Shown here in pieces: positions 1-11,800 of a stretch of 64,000 nucleotides of DNA (its first letter is position 1; the number at the start of each line of letters is the position of its first letter). Where the stretch lies: the NCBI GenBank assembly GCA_964057225.1, contig OZ059896.1, positions 21,762,001 to 21,826,000 on the forward strand, given 5' to 3'. The position numbers were made by a program, and so were the translations under genes. Below the pieces are notes generated by a model that did no database searches, was not told where the DNA came from, and saw only the letters and a list, made by a program, of their open reading frames with translations. Origin of the DNA: Auanema rhodensis. Lineage: Eukaryota > Animalia > Nematoda.

Positions 1-57
1 GTCCATCGTCTTTGCCTTGAAAAAAGAAATCTAAAAACATCTACTTTTTGCTAAATT

Positions 58-92
58 ATTTTGAAATTTTTCGAAAAAATTTTTGTCAAAAT
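58..92. other. Intra-monomer palindrome cluster: ATTTTGA...TCAAAAT arms enclosing TTTTTCGAAAAA and AAAAATTTTT (repeated in nearly every monomer)
   Basis: ATTTTGA (58-64) is the reverse complement of TCAAAAT (86-92). There is a perfect 12-bp palindrome at 67-78 and a 10-bp palindrome at 75-84. Confidence 0.85.
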
Positions 93-105
93 GTTTTTGG
101 AAGCA

Positions 106-133
106 ATGTTGAGTGTACATGAAAACTCAACAT
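106..133. other. Intra-monomer perfect 9-bp inverted repeat ATGTTGAGT-N10-ACTCAACAT
   Basis: Arms at 106-114 and 125-133 are exact reverse complements. The spacer is GTACATG(A/G)AA. Present in most monomers; an ACTCTACAT variant breaks one pair. Confidence 0.9.
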
Positions 134-1269
134 ACACTAATGCATCATTTTTCAAACGATCATAACTAATTTTTGTATTAAGCGTTTCTCAATGTAGTAT
201 AGTGCATTCGATGCGGATTTCTAAGCTGCGTCGATCTGTGTTATCAGATTTGCGCTAGCTTAAAAATGCACCGAGATATCAACTGATATAAGTTTACACT
301 TATATCCTCGATTTTCACCCTGAAGAAATAATTTTTTCGTTGAATAACATTGTCCATCGTCTTTGCCTTGAAAAAAGAAATCTAAAAACATCTACTTTTT
401 GCTAAATTATTTTGAAATTTTTCGAAAAAATTTTTGTCAAAATGTTTTTGGAAGCAATGTTGAGTGTACATGAAAACTCAACATACACTAATGCATCATT
501 TTTCAAACGATCATAACTAATTTTTGTATTAAGCGTTTCTCAATGTAGTATAGTGCATTCGATGCGGATTTCTAAGCTGCGTCGATCTGTGTTATCAGAT
601 TTGCGCTAGCTTAAAAATGCACCGAGATATCAACTGATATAAGTTTACACTTATATCCTCGATTTTCACCCTGAAGAAATAATTTTTTCGTTGAATAACA
701 TTGTCCATCGTCTTTGCCTTGAAAAAAGAAATCTAAAAACATCTACTTTTCGCTAAATTATTTTGAAATTTTTCGAAAAAATTTTTGTCAAAATGTTTTT
801 GGAAGCAATGTTGAGTGTACATGAAAACTCAACATACACTAATGCATCATTTTTCAAACGATCATAACTAATTTTTGTATTAAGCGTTTCTCAATGTAGT
901 ATAGTGCATTCGATGCGGATTTCTAAGCTGCGTCGATCTGTGTTATCAGATTTGCGCTAGCTTAAAAATGCACCGAGATATCAACTGATATAAGTTTACA
1001 CTTATATCCTCGATTTTCACCCTGAAGAAATAATTTTTTCGTTGAATAACATTGTCCATCGTCTTTGCCTTGAAAAAAGAAATCTAAAAACATCTACTTT
1101 TCGCTAAATTATTTTGAAATTTTTCGAAAAAATTTTTGTCAAAATGTTTTTGGAAGCAATGTTGAGTGTACATGGAAACTCAACATACACTAATGCATCA
1201 TTTTTCAAACGATCATAACTAATTTTTGTATTAAGCGTTTCTCAATGTAATATAGTGCATTCGATGCGG

Positions 1270-1320
1270 ATTTTTAAGCTGCGTCGATCTGTGTTATCAG
1301 ATTTGCGCTAGCTTAAAAAT
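1270..1320. other. Intra-monomer 51-bp imperfect hairpin (monomer positions 217-267), shown in a copy with perfect outer arms
   Basis: ATTTTTAAGCT-GCG-TCG-ATCTG-[TGTTAT]-CAGAT-TTG-CGC-T-AGCTTAAAAAT: an 11-bp perfect outer stem, then GCG/CGC, then a 5-bp inner stem ATCTG/CAGAT. Confidence 0.88.
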
Positions 1321-1337
1321 GCACCAAGATATCAACT

Positions 1338-1359
1338 GATATAAGTGCACACTTATATC
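1338..1359. other. Intra-monomer 10-bp inverted repeat GATATAAGTG-CA-CACTTATATC (monomer positions 285-306)
   Basis: The arms are exact reverse complements (9-bp arms plus a 4-nt loop in the TTCAC/TTTAC alleles). It overlaps a second dyad, ATATCA-AC-TGATAT (monomer 276-289). Confidence 0.9.
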
Positions 1360-2809
1360 CTCGATTTTCACCCTGAAGAATTAATTTTCCGTTGAATAAC
1401 ATTGTCCATCGTCTTTGCCTTGAAAAAAGGAATCTAAAAACATCTACTTTTTGCTAAATTATTTTGAAATTTTTCGAAAACATTTTTGTCAAAATGTTTT
1501 TGGAAGCAATGTTGAGTGTACATGGAAACTCAACATACACTAATGCATCATTTTTCAAACGATCATAACTAATTTTTGTATCAAGCGTTTTTCAATGTAG
1601 TATAGTGCATTCGATGCGGATTTTTAAGCTGCGTCGATCTGTGTTATCAGATTTGCGCTAGCTTAAAAATGCACCGAGATATCAACTGATATAAGTTCAC
1701 ACTTATATCCTCGATTTTCACCCTGAAGAATTAAATTTTTCGTTGAATAACATTGTCCATCGTCTTTGCCTTGAAAAAAGAAATCTAAAAACATCTACTT
1801 TTTGCTAAATTATTTTGAAATTTTTCGAAAAAATTTTTGTCAAAATGTTTTTGGAAGCAATGTTGAGTGTACATGAAAACTCAACATACACTAATGCATC
1901 ATTTTTCAAACGATCATAACTAATTTTTGTATTAAGCGTTTCTCAATGTAGTATAGTGCATTCGATGCGGATTTCTAAGCTGCGTCGATCTGTGTTATCA
2001 GATTTGCGCTAGCTTAAAAATGCACCGAGATATCAACTGATATAAGTTTACACTTATATCCTCGATTTTCACCCTGAAGAAATAATTTTTTCGTTGAATA
2101 ACATTGTCCATCGTCTTTGCCTTGAAAAAAGAAATCTAAAAACATCTACTTTTTGCTAAATTATTTTGAAATTTTTCGAAAAAATTTTTGTCAAAATGTT
2201 TTTGGAAGCAATGTTGAGTGTACATGAAAACTCAACATACACTAATGCATCATTTTTCAAACGATCATAACTAATTTTTGTATTAAGCGTTTCTCAATGT
2301 AGTATAGTGCATTCGATGCGGATTTTTAAGCTGCGTCGATCTGTGTTATCAGATTTGCGCTAGCTTAAAAATGCACCGAGATATCAACTGATATAAGTTC
2401 ACACTTATATCCTCGATTTTCACCCTGAAGAATTAAATTTTTCGTTGAATAACATTGTCCATCGTCTTTGCCTTGAAAAAAGAAATCTAAAAACATCTAC
2501 TTTTCGCTAAATTATTTTGAAATTTTTCGAAAAAATTTTTGTCAAAATGTTTTTGGAAGCAATGTTGAGTGTACATGGAAACTCAACATACACTAATGCA
2601 TCATTTTTCAAACGATCATAACTAATTTTTGTATTAAGCGTTTCTCAATGTAGTATAGTGCATTCGATGCGGATTTTTAAGCTGCGTCGATCTGTGTTAT
2701 CAGATTTGCGCTAGCTTAAAAATGCACCAAGATATCAACTGATATAAGTGCACACTTATATCCTCGATTTTCACCCTGAAGAATTAATTTTTTCGTTGAA
2801 AAACATTGT

Positions 2810-5800
2810 CCATCGTCTTTGCCTTGAAAAAAGGAATCTAAAAACATCCACTTTTTGCTAAATTATTTTGAAATTTTTCGAAAAAATTTTTGTCAAAATG
2901 TTTTTGGAAGCAATGTTGAGTGTACATGGAAACTCAACATACACTAATGCATCATTTTTCAAACGATCATAACTAATTTTTGTATTAAGCGTTTCTCAAT
3001 GTAGTATAGTGCATTCGATGCGGATTTTTAAGCTGCGTCGATCTGTGTTATCAGATTTGCGCTAGCTTGAAAATGCACCAAGATATCAACTGATATAAGT
3101 GCACACTTATATCCTCGATTTTCACCCTGAAGAATTAATTTTTTCGTTGAATAACATTGTCCATCGTCTTTGCCTTGAAAAAAGAAATCTAAAAACATCT
3201 ACTTTTTGCTAAATTATTTTGAAATTTTTCGAAAAAATTTTTGTCAAAATGTTTTTGGAAGCAATGTTGAGTGTACATGAAAACTCAACATACACTAATG
3301 CATCATTTTTCAAACGATCATAACTAATTTTTGTATTAAGCGATTCTCAATGTAGTATAGTGCATTTGATGCAGATTTTTAAGCTGCGTCGATCTGTGTT
3401 ATCAGATTTGCGCTAGCTTAAAAATGCACCAAGATATCAACTGATATAAGTGCACACTTATATCCTCGATTTTCACCCTGAAGAATTAATTTTTTCGTTG
3501 AATAACATTGTCCATCGTCTTTGCCTTGAAAAAAGGAATCTGAAAACATCTACTTTTTGCTAAATTATTTTGAAATTTTTCGAAAAAATTTTTGTCAAAA
3601 TGTTTTTGGAAGCAATGTTGAGTGTACATGGAAACTCTACATACACTAATGCATCATTTTTCAAACAATCATAACTAATTTTTGTATTAAGCGTTTCTCA
3701 ATGTAGTATAGTGCATTCAATGAGGATTTTTAAGCTGCGTCGATCTGTGTTATCAGATTTGCGCTACCTTAAAAATGCACCAAGATATCAACTGATATAA
3801 GTGCACACATATATCCTCGATTTTCACCCTGAAGAATTAATTTTTTCGTTGAATAACATTGTCCATCGTCTTTGCCTTAAAAAAAGGAATCTAAAAACAT
3901 CTACTTTTTGCTAAATTATTTTGAAATTTTTCGAAAAAATTTTTGTCAAAATGTTTTTGGAAGCAATGTTGAGTGTACATGGAAACTCAACATACACTAA
4001 TGCATCATTTTTCAAACGATCATAACTAATTTTTGTATCAAGCGTTTCTCAATGTAGTATAGTGCATTCGATGCGGATTTTTAAGCTGCGTCGATCTGTG
4101 TTATCAGATTTGCGCTAGCTTAAAAACGCACCGAGATATCAACTGATATAAGTTCACACTTATATCCTCGATTTTCACATTGAAGAACTAATTTTTTCGT
4201 TGAATAACATTGTCCATCGTCTCTGCCTTAAAAAAAGGAATCTAAAAACATCTACTTTTTGCTAAATTATTCTGGAATTTTTCTAAAAAAATTTTGTCAA
4301 AATGTTTTTGGAAGCAATGTTGAGTGTACATGAAAACTCAACATACACTAATGCATCATTTTTCAAACAATCATAACTAATTTTTGTATTAAGCGTTTCT
4401 CAATGTAGTATAGTGCATTCGATGCGGATTTTTAAGCTGCGTCGATCTGTGTTATCAGATTTGCGCTAGCTTAAAAATGCACCAAGATATCAACTGATAT
4501 AAGTGCACACTTATATCCTCGATTTTCACCCTGAAGAATTAATTTTTTCGTTGAATAACATTGTCCATCGTCTTTGCCTTGAAAAAAGGAATCTGAAAAC
4601 ATCTACTTTTTGCTAAATTATTTTGAAATTTTTCGAAAAAATTTTTGTCAAAATGTTTTTGGAAGCAATGTTGAGTGTACATGGAAACTCTACATACACT
4701 AATGCATCATTTTTCAAACAATCATAACTAATTTTTGTATTAAGCGTTTCTCAATGTGATATAGTGCATTCGATGCGGATTTTTAAGCTGCGTCGATCTG
4801 TGTTATCAGATTTGCGCTAGCTTAAAAATGCACCAAGATATCAACTGATATAAGTGCACACTTATATCCTCGATTTTCACCCTGAAGAATTAATTTTTTC
4901 GTTGAAAAACATTGTCCATCGTCTTTGCCTTGAAAAAAGGAATCTAAAAACATCCACTTTTTGCTAAATTATTTTGAAATTTTTCGAAAAAATTTTTGTC
5001 AAAATGTTTTTGGAAGCAATGTTGAGTGTACATGGAAACTCAACATACACTAATGCATCATTTTTCAAACGATCATAACTAATTTTTGTATTAAGCGTTT
5101 CTCAATGTAGTATAGTGCATTCGATGCGGATTTTTAAGCTGCGTCGATCTGTGTTATCAGATTTGCGCTAGCTTGAAAATGCACCAAGATATCAACTGAT
5201 ATAAGTGCACACTTATATCCTCGATTTTCACCCTGAAGAATTAATTTTTTCGTTGAATAACATTGTCCATCGTCTTTGCCTTGAAAAAAGGAATCTGAAA
5301 ACATCTACTTTTTGCTAAATTATTTTGAAATTTTTCGAAAAAATTTTTGTCAAAATGTTTTTGGAAGCAATGTTGAGTGTACATGGAAACTCTACATACA
5401 CTAATGCATCATTTTTCAAACAATCATAACTAATTTTTGTATTAAGCGTTTCTCAATGTGATATAGTGCATTCGATGCGGATTTTTAAGCTGCGTCGATC
5501 TGTGTTATCAGATTTGCGCTAGCTTAAAAATGCACCAAGATATCAACTGATATAAGTGCACACTTATATCCTCGATTTTCACCCTGAAGAATTAATTTTT
5601 TCGTTGAAAAACATTGTCCATCGTCTTTGCCTTGAAAAAAGGAATCTAAAAACATCCACTTTTTGCTAAATTATTTTGAAATTTTTCGAAAAAATTTTTG
5701 TCAAAATGTTTTTGGAAGCAATGTTGAGTGTACATGGAAACTCAACATACACTAATGCATCATTTTTCAAACGATCATAACTAATTTTTGTATTAAGCGT

Positions 5801-8800
5801 TTCTCAATGTAGTATAGTGCATTCGATGCGGATTTTTAAGCTGCGTCGATCTGTGTTATCAGATTTGCGCTAGCTTGAAAATGCACCAAGATATCAACTG
5901 ATATAAGTGCACACTTATATCCTCGATTTTCACCCTGAAGAATTAATTTTTTCGTTGAATAACATTGTCCATCGTCTTTGCCTTGAAAAAAGAAATCTAA
6001 AAACATCTACTTTTTGCTAAATTATTTTGAAATTTTTCGAAAAAATTTTTGTCAAAATGTTTTTGGAAGCAATGTTGAGTGTACATGAAAACTCAACATA
6101 CACTAATGCATCATTTTTCAAACGATCATAACTAATTTTTGTATTAAGCGTTTCTCAATGTAGTATAGTGCATTCGATGCGGATTTCTAAGCTGCGTCGA
6201 TCTGTGTTATCAGATTTGCGCTAGCTTAAAAATGCACCGAGATATCAACTGATATAAGTTTACACTTATATCCTCGATTTTCACCCTGAAGAAATAATTT
6301 TTTCGTTGAATAACATTGTCCATCGTCTTTGCCTTGAAAAAAGAAATCTAAAAACATCTACTTTTCGCTAAATTATTTTGAAATTTTTCGAAAAAATTTT
6401 TGTCAAAATGTTTTTGGAAGCAATGTTGAGTGTACATGGAAACTCAACATACACTAATGCATCATTTTTCAAACGATCATAACTAATTTTTGTATTAAGC
6501 GTTTCTCAATGTAATATAGTGCATTCGATGCGGATTTTTAAGCTGCGTCGATCTGTGTTATCAGATTTGCGCTAGCTTAAAAATGCACCAAGATATCAAC
6601 TGATATAAGTGCACACTTATATCCTCGATTTTCACCCTGAAGAATTAATTTTCCGTTGAATAACATTGTCCATCGTCTTTGCCTTGAAAAAAGGAATCTA
6701 AAAACATCCACTTTTTGCTAAATTATTTCGAAATTTTTCGAAAAAATTTTTGTCAAAATGTTTTTGGAAGCAATGTTGAGTGTACATGAAAACTCAACAT
6801 ACACTAATGCATCATTTTTCAAACAATCATAACTAATTTTTGTATTAAGCGTTTCTCAATGTAGTATAGTGCATTCGATGCGGATTTTTAAGCTGCGTCG
6901 ATCTGTGTTATCAGATTTGCGCTAGCTTAAAAATGCACCAAGATATCAACTGATATAAGTGCACACTTATATCCTCGATTTTCACTCTGAAGAATTAATT
7001 TTTTCGTTGAATAACATTGTCCATCGTCTTTGCCTTGAAAAAAGGAATCTAAAAACATCCACTTTTTGCTAAATTATTTTGAAATTTTTCGAAAAAATTT
7101 TTGTCAAAATGTTTTTGGAAGCAATGTTGAGTGTACATGAAAACTCAACATACACTAATGCATCATTTTTCAAACAATCATAACTAATTTTTGTATTAAG
7201 CGTTTCTCAATGTAGTATAGTGCATTCGATGCGGATTTTTAAGCTGCGTCGATCTGTGTTATCAGATTTGCGCTAGCTTAAAAATGCACCAAGATATCAA
7301 CTGATATAAGTGCACACTTATATCCTCGATTTTCACTCTGAAGAATTAATTTTTTCGTTGAATAACATTGTCCATCGTCTTTGCCTTGAAAAAAGGAATC
7401 TAAAAACATCCACTTTTTGCTAAATTATTTTGAAATTTTTCGAAAAAATTTTTGTCAAAATGTTTTTGGAAGCAATGTTGAGTGTACATGGAAACTCAAC
7501 ATACACTAATGCATCATTTTTCAAACGATCATAACTAATTTTTGTATTAAGCGTTTCTCAATGTAGTATAGTGCATTCGATGCGGATTTTTAAGCTGCGT
7601 CGATCTGTGTTATCAGATTTGCGCTAGCTTGAAAATGCACCAAGATATCAACTGATATAAGTGCACACTTATATCCTCGATTTTCACCCTGAAGAATTAA
7701 TTTTTTCGTTGAATAACATTGTCCATCGTCTTTGCCTTGAAAAAAGAAATCTAAAAACATCTACTTTTTGCTAAATTATTTTGAAATTTTTCGAAAAAAT
7801 TTTTGTCAAAATGTTTTTGGAAGCAATGTTGAGTGTACATGAAAACTCAACATACACTAATGCATCATTTTTCAAACGATCATAACTAATTTTTGTATTA
7901 AGCGTTTCTCAATGTAGTATAGTGCATTTGATGCAGATTTTTAAGCTGCGTCGATCTGTGTTATCAGATTTGCGCTAGCTTAAAAATGCACCAAGATATC
8001 AACTGATATAAGTGCACACTTATATCCTCGATTTTCACCCTGAAGAATTAATTTTTTCGTTGAATAACATTGTCCATCGTCTTTGCCTTGAAAAAAGGAA
8101 TCTGAAAACATCTACTTTTTGCTAAATTATTTTGAAATTTTTCGAAAAAATTTTTGTCAAAATGTTTTTGGAAGCAATGTTGAGTGTACATGGAAACTCT
8201 ACATACACTAATGCATCATTTTTCAAACAATCATAACTAATTTTTGTATTAAGCGTTTCTCAATGTAGTATAGTGCATTCAATGAGGATTTTTAAGCTGC
8301 GTCGATCTGTGTTATCAGATTTGCGCTACCTTAAAAATGCACCAAGATATCAACTGATATAAGTGCACACATATATCCTCGATTTTCACCCTGAAGAATT
8401 AATTTTTTCGTTGAATAACATTGTCCATCGTCTTTGCCTTAAAAAAAGGAATCTAAAAACATCTACTTTTTGCTAAATTATTTTGAAATTTTTCGAAAAA
8501 ATTTTTGTCAAAATGTTTTTGGAAGCAATGTTGAGTGTACATGGAAACTCAACATACACTAATGCATCATTTTTCAAACGATCATAACTAATTTTTGTAT
8601 CAAGCGTTTCTCAATGTAGTATAGTGCATTCGATGCGGATTTTTAAGCTGCGTCGATCTGTGTTATCAGATTTGCGCTAGCTTAAAAACGCACCGAGATA
8701 TCAACTGATATAAGTTCACACTTATATCCTCGATTTTCACATTGAAGAACTAATTTTTTCGTTGAATAACATTGTCCATCGTCTCTGCCTTAAAAAAAGG

Positions 8801-11800
8801 AATCTAAAAACATCTACTTTTTGCTAAATTATTCTGGAATTTTTCTAAAAAATTTTTGTCAAAATGTTTTTGGAAGCAATGTTGAGTGTACATGAAAACT
8901 CAACATACACTAATGCATCATTTTTCAAACAATCATAACTAATTTTTGTATTAAGCGTTTCTCAATGTAGTATAGTGCATTCGATGCGGATTTTTAAGCT
9001 GCGTCGATCTGTGTTATCAGATTTGCGCTAGCTTAAAAATGCACCAAGATATCAACTGATATAAGTGCACACTTATATCCTCGATTTTCACCCTGAAGAA
9101 TTAATTTTTTCGTTGAATAACATTGTCCATCGTCTTTGCCTTGAAAAAAGGAATCTGAAAACATCTACTTTTTGCTAAATTATTTTGAAATTTTTCGAAA
9201 AAATTTTTGTCAAAATGTTTTTGGAAGCAATGTTGAGTGTACATGGAAACTCTACATACACTAATGCATCATTTTTCAAACAATCATAACTAATTTTTGT
9301 ATTAAGCGTTTCTCAATGTGATATAGTGCATTCGATGCGGATTTTTAAGCTGCGTCGATCTGTGTTATCAGATTTGCGCTAGCTTAAAAATGCACCAAGA
9401 TATCAACTGATATAAGTGCACACTTATATCCTCGATTTTCACCCTGAAGAATTAATTTTTTCGTTGAAAAACATTGTCCATCGTCTTTGCCTTGAAAAAA
9501 GGAATCTAAAAACATCCACTTTTTGCTAAATTATTTTGAAATTTTTCGAAAAAATTTTTGTCAAAATGTTTTTGGAAGCAATGTTGAGTGTACATGGAAA
9601 CTCAACATACACTAATGCATCATTTTTCAAACGATCATAACTAATTTTTGTATTAAGCGTTTCTCAATGTAGTATAGTGCATTCGATGCGGATTTTTAAG
9701 CTGCGTCGATCTGTGTTATCAGATTTGCGCTAGCTTGAAAATGCACCAAGATATCAACTGATATAAGTGCACACTTATATCCTCGATTTTCACCCTGAAG
9801 AATTAATTTTTTCGTTGAATAACATTGTCCATCGTCTTTGCCTTGAAAAAAGGAATCTGAAAACATCTACTTTTTGCTAAATTATTTTGAAATTTTTCGA
9901 AAAAATTTTTGTCAAAATGTTTTTGGAAGCAATGTTGAGTGTACATGGAAACTCTACATACACTAATGCATCATTTTTCAAACAATCATAACTAATTTTT
10001 GTATTAAGCGTTTCTCAATGTGATATAGTGCATTCGATGCGGATTTTTAAGCTGCGTCGATCTGTGTTATCAGATTTGCGCTAGCTTAAAAATGCACCAA
10101 GATATCAACTGATATAAGTGCACACTTATATCCTCGATTTTCACCCTGAAGAATTAATTTTTTCGTTGAAAAACATTGTCCATCGTCTTTGCCTTGAAAA
10201 AAGGAATCTAAAAACATCCACTTTTTGCTAAATTATTTTGAAATTTTTCGAAAAAATTTTTGTCAAAATGTTTTTGGAAGCAATGTTGAGTGTACATGGA
10301 AACTCAACATACACTAATGCATCATTTTTCAAACGATCATAACTAATTTTTGTATTAAGCGTTTCTCAATGTAGTATAGTGCATTCGATGCGGATTTTTA
10401 AGCTGCGTCGATCTGTGTTATCAGATTTGCGCTAGCTTGAAAATGCACCAAGATATCAACTGATATAAGTGCACACTTATATCCTCGATTTTCACCCTGA
10501 AGAATTAATTTTTTCGTTGAATAACATTGTCCATCGTCTTTGCCTTGAAAAAAGAAATCTAAAAACATCTACTTTTTGCTAAATTATTTTGAAATTTTTC
10601 GAAAAAATTTTTGTCAAAATGTTTTTGGAAGCAATGTTGAGTGTACATGAAAACTCAACATACACTAATGCATCATTTTTCAAACGATCATAACTAATTT
10701 TTGTATTGAGCGTTTCTCAATGTAGTATAGTGCATTCGATGCGGATTTCTAAGCTGCGTCGATCTGTGTTATCAGATTTGCGCTAGCTTAAAAATGCACC
10801 GAGATATCAACTGATATAAGTTTACACTTATATCCTCGATTTTCACCCTGAAGAAATAATTTTTTCGTTGAATAACATTGTCCATCGTCTTTGCCTTGAA
10901 AAAAGAAATCTAAAAACATCTACTTTTCGCTAAATTATTTTGAAATTTTTCGAAAAAATTTTTGTCAAAATGTTTTTGGAAGCAATGTTGAGTGTACATG
11001 GAAACTCAACATACACTAATGCATCATTTTTCAAACGATCATAACTAATTTTTGTATTAAGCGTTTCTCAATGTAATATAGTGCATTCGATGCGGATTTT
11101 TAAGCTGCGTCGATCTGTGTTATCAGATTTGCGCTAGCTTAAAAATGCACCAAGATATCAACTGATATAAGTGCACACTTATATCCTCGATTTTCACCCT
11201 GAAGAATTAATTTTCCGTTGAATAACATTGTCCATCGTCTTTGCCTTGAAAAAAGGAATCTAAAAACATCCACTTTTTGCTAAATTATTTCGAAATTTTT
11301 CGAAAAAATTTTTGTCAAAATGTTTTTGGAAGCAATGTTGAGTGTACATGAAAACTCAACATACACTAATGCATCATTTTTCAAACAATCATAACTAATT
11401 TTTGTATTAAGCGTTTCTCAATGTAGTATAGTGCATTCGATGCGGATTTTTAAGCTGCGTCGATCTGTGTTATCAGATTTGCGCTAGCTTAAAAATGCAC
11501 CAAGATATCAACTGATATAAGTGCACACTTATATCCTCGATTTTCACTCTGAAGAATTAATTTTTTCGTTGAATAACATTGTCCATCGTCTTTGCCTTGA
11601 AAAAAGGAATCTAAAAACATCCACTTTTTGCTAAATTATTTTGAAATTTTTCGAAAAAATTTTTGTCAAAATGTTTTTGGAAGCAATGTTGAGTGTACAT
11701 GAAAACTCAACATACACTAATGCATCATTTTTCAAACAATCATAACTAATTTTTGTATTAAGCGTTTCTCAATGTAGTATAGTGCATTCGATGCGGATTT

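Larger units (their letters stand above)
1..351 (+). repeat. Representative 351-bp monomer (arbitrary register set by the window start)
   Basis: 1-351 appears identical to 352-702 and is near-identical to all later copies. Confidence 0.97.

Noticed and set aside
336-352. TTTCGTTGAATAACATT resembling the CENP-B box
   Set aside because: It matches TTCG and the central A but lacks the essential CGGG, so only 5 of 9 core positions match.
320-380. CTGAAGA matching the hammerhead ribozyme core CUGANGA (hammerheads are known in newt, schistosome and cave-cricket satellites)
   Set aside because: I could not build helix II closing onto a GAAA (the consensus has GAAT, with unpairable intervening sequence), and there is no + strand complement to TTTTCACC for helix I. 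An Infernal search with the Rfam hammerhead models on a dimer would settle it.
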